From NCBI RefSeq assembly GCF_000143415.4, contig NW_003314274.1, positions 1 through 64,000 of the forward strand: 64,000 nt of DNA. The letters run 5' to 3'. Below the pieces are notes generated by a model that saw nothing but the letters and a program-made list of their open reading frames with translations, made no database searches and was not told the origin of the DNA. This DNA comes from Selaginella moellendorffii. Its lineage: Eukaryota > Plantae > Lycopodiophyta. Position numbers and translations under genes: made by a program. Every line of letters starts with the position of its first letter. The stretch's first letter is position 1. Positions 59,062-64,000 of the stretch are shown one piece after another.

Positions 59062-60034
59062 CGCGCCGCGAAAGAAAAAATGCCCAAGGGTTTAGGGCTT
59101 TAGAGTAGATTATAGCCGTCAGATTTCTCCATGTCGGTTCATGGCCGTCCGATTTTACACGTCATGCACCACTTGCCATGTCCGATTTCCGTGCCACGTC
59201 ACAGGACATAAAAACACGACATGTGGCGTTTTGTTGCCACGCAAGCGCAACGTCGCGATGGTTGGGCCGTCGGATCACTGACGTGGCGAATCGAACGGTC
59301 ACCGCAGCGTTTCGCGCCGGAATGGTTTTTAACTTATTCTTGCCGCGCATTCTACTCTCATAGCGCGATGGCTCGCCCGAGAAGCACGCGGACTCCTCCC
59401 TCTCTTATGCGAAGGCGCCGCAGGCGTAGAAGAGGAGTAAGTGATCGATCGATCGACCACAACTTCTAATTCCTCTCTTCTTTCCCTTTTGTGATCGCAG
59501 AAACGCAGAAGAAGAAGAAGCCACCGAAGAAGATCCGCGGCCACCAATCCCGACACCAATCTCCTCGACGACTAAGCCGATCGATCGAATGCCTCTCCTT
59601 AGAATCCAAAATCTTGTGACAACACCCATCCATCTCCGGATGCGCCACTGTGAATAAAAATTTCCCCCCCATTCGATTCCACATTTTAGGGTTTATGGGG
59701 TTTTGCGAGCGATGGCTATGGCGCACCTCGCCAAGAAAGTGCCATTCCTCTGCCGGCGGTCAAGAAGGGCATTTTTCACACAAATTTTCCAAAGGACGCA
59801 GGGTATCACTTCCGGATTTGCGCTCTTCCAGGTCTGTTTCTAGAGTTCATCTATCAAGATCAACCATGGTGTGAGTTCTTGCGCGACGCTTCGATCGCTT
59901 CTTTCTAGAATTTTATTTTTTCTTCTCAGACATTTTCGCGGCTTTTCAGGTGTTTTCGAGTTCGATCGGACAATTTCTTGGAGGAAGTTGCTCTTCATGC
60001 AAGTTCTTCGAGGAGCATTTGGAGCGATCTTTCT

Positions 60035-61014
60035 CTAGAACTGTGCAGCGGTCGTGAAGGTTTGTCCGAATTTCCAATTTTGCGGCACTGCGTCGAGAGC
60101 TATCCTACTCTCGCCATCGCTGGTACTCACAACGAAAGACAGGCCTTGCTCTAGCATCGACCGGTTGGAAATATGCCAGTTCTGGCCCCAAGCGCGAGTC
60201 GCCGGCGTCCACGGAGATCGTGATCCTTTGACAACCACGCTCCGGACATCTCCAGCTCCACCTACGTTGGAGATCATCACCAAGATGAACCATTTGTTCC
60301 CACGCATCGTGAAACGAATGCCACCCTGCCTCTTGCACTCGACTCTACACAAGATCATCGTAAGTCAGTGTGATTTCATGACTTATGGTGTGCTACCTTG
60401 TGTAGATGACTGGGATGATTCCTGCGGTCCTGTTCGCGAGGTGAACGAAGGCCGGCATGGAAAGATCGAAGTGTTGCTGTGGATAGTTGCACCATCCTCC
60501 TCGGTAGCTCTTGCGAGCGGGATTTGGAGGGCAGAAGTTCGTGGCGGTGACGGTGATGGAGAGATTGCCGGGACGGCACCACTTTGGATCCTGATGGCAC
60601 TTGAGCTCGTAGCAAGCTCCACAGGAAGCTCCGTTCTGGAACAAGACGGTGCTCAGAGCGGTGGTCTCCACTCCAAAGCCTTCGTGGTACATGTTGCCAT
60701 AGCCGCAAGCTCCTCCTGCGAGAGAAGATCGAGCCAAGAAGACACACGCATCACGGTCAGTTCTTCTCTTCGCTCTCCTTTGTTTTCGTTCTTTCTTTCC
60801 CAGAGATCTTGTGGAGGAAGTCTTTACGAATCGATGGCTCTTGGCAGGAAAGACGAAGCGAAAGTTTACCCATTGTTCCCGACGCGTCCGAGCCGCCATA
60901 GTACGTTGCGTGAGCTAAAGTCCAGCCCTCTGGAATAGCTTGCTTCTCGCGTTCTTGCGCTACTGCGAGAGAGAGGAAGAAGAGAGGAAGAAGAACACAA
61001 GAAGCCATCTCCAT
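60035..61014 (-). CDS. Alpha-expansin, 3 exons
   Basis: Signal peptide, [50 protein letters not shown] and WKFGQTF. Confidence 0.97.
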
Positions 61015-61256
61015 CTCTAAAAACTCTTGCAAGAAACTCAAATAGAAAGATTAACGGGTAAGAAATCTATAACGGTTTTCATATACTTTAAAATATTATG
61101 GTTTAGTACTAAACCTAAATTGTCAAATCAAGAATTAGCATGCTTATATTTAGTGGAAATTAATTTTGATTGTTGCTTTTATTTTTTAGTAAACTTAAAT
61201 TTAAGCAGGAATTCTCACTATATAAACATGGTTAGTTGGATGATAATTATAAAAAA

Positions 61257-61548
61257 ATGGGTTTAGAGAAAAAGTTTTTTGTGTTTCTGCTAGTGACAAT
61301 TTTGATTGTTAATACGCATTGTGCTAGTCCTGCTCCCTCAAATCCAGATGCTCCTCACGTGGTTAAATTGACAGATGAAGATTCACGTAAATATAATGCC
61401 AAAAGATTTAATTTTTTTCTTAACTTTTTAAATTTTCTTTTTCTCAGACAATGTGAAATGTTGGAGGAGGTGTATTGAGAAACCAAAGCACTGGTGCTGG
61501 TATTGGGGATGTTGTTATATTCCACCTGCATCTCCCTCACCCTCTTAA
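61257..61548 (+). CDS. Small secreted Cys/Trp-rich peptide precursor (76 aa), 2 exons
   Basis: TATA-like ctatataaac at 61218. Exon 61257-61386, GT-AG intron 61387-61447, exon 61448-61548 give MGLEKKFFVFLLVTILIVNTHCASPAPSNPDAPHVVKLTDEDSHNVKCWRRCIEKPKHWCWYWGCCYIPPASPSPS. Confidence 0.72.
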
Positions 61549-61787
61549 AAAGAAGATTTACCATATTCTAATCTAATTTTTCACACCAACACCTCAAATT
61601 TACTGTATTGTGAATTCTTACCATTCATTTCTACCATCCTGATATTCACCTCTTTGTTAAACATTTGACGTTGTTCAATTAAAAAACACTCACACTTGGA
61701 ATCTTCCCTCTGTCGCGAAAATTTTAAAAATCTCTTTTTGGAGCATTTTGGGCATACTTCCTAGACTTTAGGGCTCATCCATCCGCA

Positions 61788-64000
61788 ATGAATCGGTCCT
61801 TTGCGGGAATGGGCGAGGAGTGGAGGATGAATTTGGGGTTGTCGAGGCTCATTGGCGAGGCCATGGCGGTTCCAGCGTGGGAGTATGCCATTCTCTCCAC
61901 TCTCATTGCGATTGTGCTCCTCTACCATGTCCTGGATTTCCATTTCGTCGGCGACCTCCTCACGGGGCTCAGGGGCGATAAGGTGGAGCTCGTTTATAGC
62001 CCTTTCTCTCGAATTGCGGGGCAAATTCTCGCCAAATCCCAGTTCTTCAATCGCAGGTTTGTGAGTGATTTCTTTCGTGTCGATTTGGATGTGAAAACTT
62101 TTGTGGTTTCTTCGATTTGTTAGATATTGGCCAACGCCATGGCTTTGTAGTCCACACCTCCAAACAGCGTTTGTGCATTTCCATGGACGGCCACCAAAGG
62201 TGACTTACAGGAGGTGAGACGTCATTCTCGCATCTCTTTCGCGTTTTTTCACAAGGATGTATCAGAGAGCTTTTCGTCGCGCCAGATGGAGGCACGACTG
62301 CTCTCGACTGGCTCGATCCAGGTTTGTCAAAAACTAAAAAACAAATCTATAAGAGCTTGACTAATATCGTGTCCTTTGCTAGAGTCATCTGGGAGTATCT
62401 CTATACAAGAGACTCCTATAGTGATCATCGTGCCGGGACTAAGCAGTGAATCGAGCAACGCTGTAAGCGTGAAATGTTTCCACAGTTGAAGAACTGGACT
62501 TTCTCTTCATGCAGTATATGAAGCATTTGGCCCATGGAATGGTAAATCAAGGCTGGAGAGCCGTCGTCATAAACCACAGAGGCCTCGGAGGCGTGACTCT
62601 CACCGTAAGCTTTGCGTGAACAGCTTTCTCTTCCTTCCATTTCATTTCTTACTGTATTGTTTAGTCGGAGCGATTCTATCACGCAGGATGGACGAGCGAT
62701 TTGAGATGGTTTATCCAGGATTTACACAAGCAATTTCCTAAGGCACTTCTTCTAGCAGTTGGCACCAGCCTCGGTGCTAATATCCTGGTACCTTAAGATC
62801 TGTGTTTTCTAGTTCTTTTAACGTTGTCATTGGGATTTTAGGTGAAGTATCTAGGTGAAGAAGGCGAGAACACTTTACTTGGTGGTGCAGTCTCTATCTG
62901 TAATCCCTGGGATCTTGTGGTGCGTCTGTGTGGAAAAGCTTTATTTCTCATTCTTTCTTCTTTTTTCTTTTTACTTTGCAGGTTTGCGACAGATTTATAG
63001 CTCGGAAACCTGTCCAAAAGCTCTATGATAAAGCAGTAGCAACGGGACTTACTGACTTTGTGCACAGGTAAGTCGTTGTTTTCGATGCTGTGAATTTTGG
63101 CTACAACTTGGTTTTCCTTTGTGTGAGCAGGCATTCGACCGTGCTGTCAAGTATGGACAACTGGAACTTTATCAGGAAGGTAAACACTTGACGGCTTTCT
63201 GATTTTTCATGTTTCTTTTTTTTTTCTCTCCTGCAGTCACGCTCTATACGAACTTTCGATCATCTTTTCACGATAACAGTCGGCAAGTTTGAGGTGAAAC
63301 ACATCTTACTTCTCTCGAACGATTTTCATGAAACTGCATGAAATTCTCTCGTTTGCAGACAGTGGATGATTACTATCGACGGTCCAGCAGTGCTCACCTC
63401 GTTGGCTCGGTCGCCGTGCCCCTCCTTGCTGTTAACTCTCGCGACGATCCCTTGTGCACAAAAGAAGCTATTCCATGGGACGAATGCAGGTAAATCGTCG
63501 TCCATATTTTCCACTAAACGTTGAATTTGATGGCAACTCCTTTCCAGGCTCAATCCTAATGTCCTACTTGCAGTGACACGGCACGGTGGCCACCTTGCGT
63601 ACTTTGAAGGCTTGACTGCCAAAAGCATTTGGTAAAATCCGTTTTTTTCGTAGACTTGTTTCTTGATTTATTCTTCTCTATGCATTCCAGGTGGGTTCGT
63701 GCTATTGAGGAGTTTTTCCAAGTTATAGTTTCGAGTTCTCCGGTGCCAGTTTCAGAGGTTTGAAAAACGAGAAAAGTTTCATTATAACTTAACGCAAGTT
63801 TTTTGTTTGAGCGCTGTAGGATCCTAGTCCCCAGCCAGTCTCAGAACCTTTGCCAGTAGTAGCAGCAGCGGAAGAGCCCTCCACCTCTTGTACAACTGTG
63901 GAGCCGGACGTTGCTGAAACGATGGTGCTGAACGAGGAAGAGATCTTTTCCGAGGAATCTAGTCGGGAACTGGAGTTCCAGCCTCGAACGGCTGCTGCAG
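61788..64000 (+). CDS. Alpha/beta hydrolase, EMB8/ABHD1-3-like, multi-exon, truncated by the window end
   Basis: Spliced PTPWLCSPHLQT, GTTALDW, IVPGLSSES, FYHAGWTSD, nucleophile GTSLGAN, RDDPL and HGGHLAYFEG. The exact start ATG is uncertain. Confidence 0.9.

Noticed and set aside
20-61548. Glucanase, germin, RLPs and peptide as one defence gene cluster
   Set aside because: They are spread over 60 kb among unrelated housekeeping genes, and no shared regulatory signal was seen.

Overview
Eukaryotic plant nuclear DNA. The gene density, 50-90 nt introns, PLS-type PPR remnants and an acetate kinase gene suggest a lycophyte such as Selaginella (inference). GC-balanced gene blocks alternate with very AT-rich, decayed transposon blocks. 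Left block (1-13.3 kb): GH17 glucanase, germin-like protein, a decayed aladin copy, a gag remnant, intronless aladin, an intronless coiled-coil gene with a retrotransposon accessory-ORF-like domain, and MSH3. Middle (13.4-36 kb): a ~9-10 kb unit present twice, made of a CACTA remnant, an LRR receptor-like protein (RLP), a PPR pseudogene, a mitochondrial-carrier pseudogene and a Ty3/gypsy remnant. The copies are separated by CACTA sequence interleaved with host-gene fragments (PII, four LRR-RLK exons). The two RLPs differ by six LRRs, by surface residues and by W-box number. Right block (36-64 kb): methyltransferase fragment, acetate kinase, an unrecognised disordered protein with eight WPNPN(Y/V)K motifs, hAT remnant and microsatellite, ING2, CPP1/DUF3353-like, HMA5-like Cu-ATPase, a coiled-coil gene, GMP synthase, alpha-expansin, a spliced 76-aa secreted Cys/Trp-rich peptide that the ORF track misses, and an EMB8-like alpha/beta hydrolase running off the end. 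The strongest novelty candidates are the WPNPNYK repeat protein and the Cys/Trp peptide. Family assignments come from motif recognition by eye, not database searches. Transposon boundaries are approximate.
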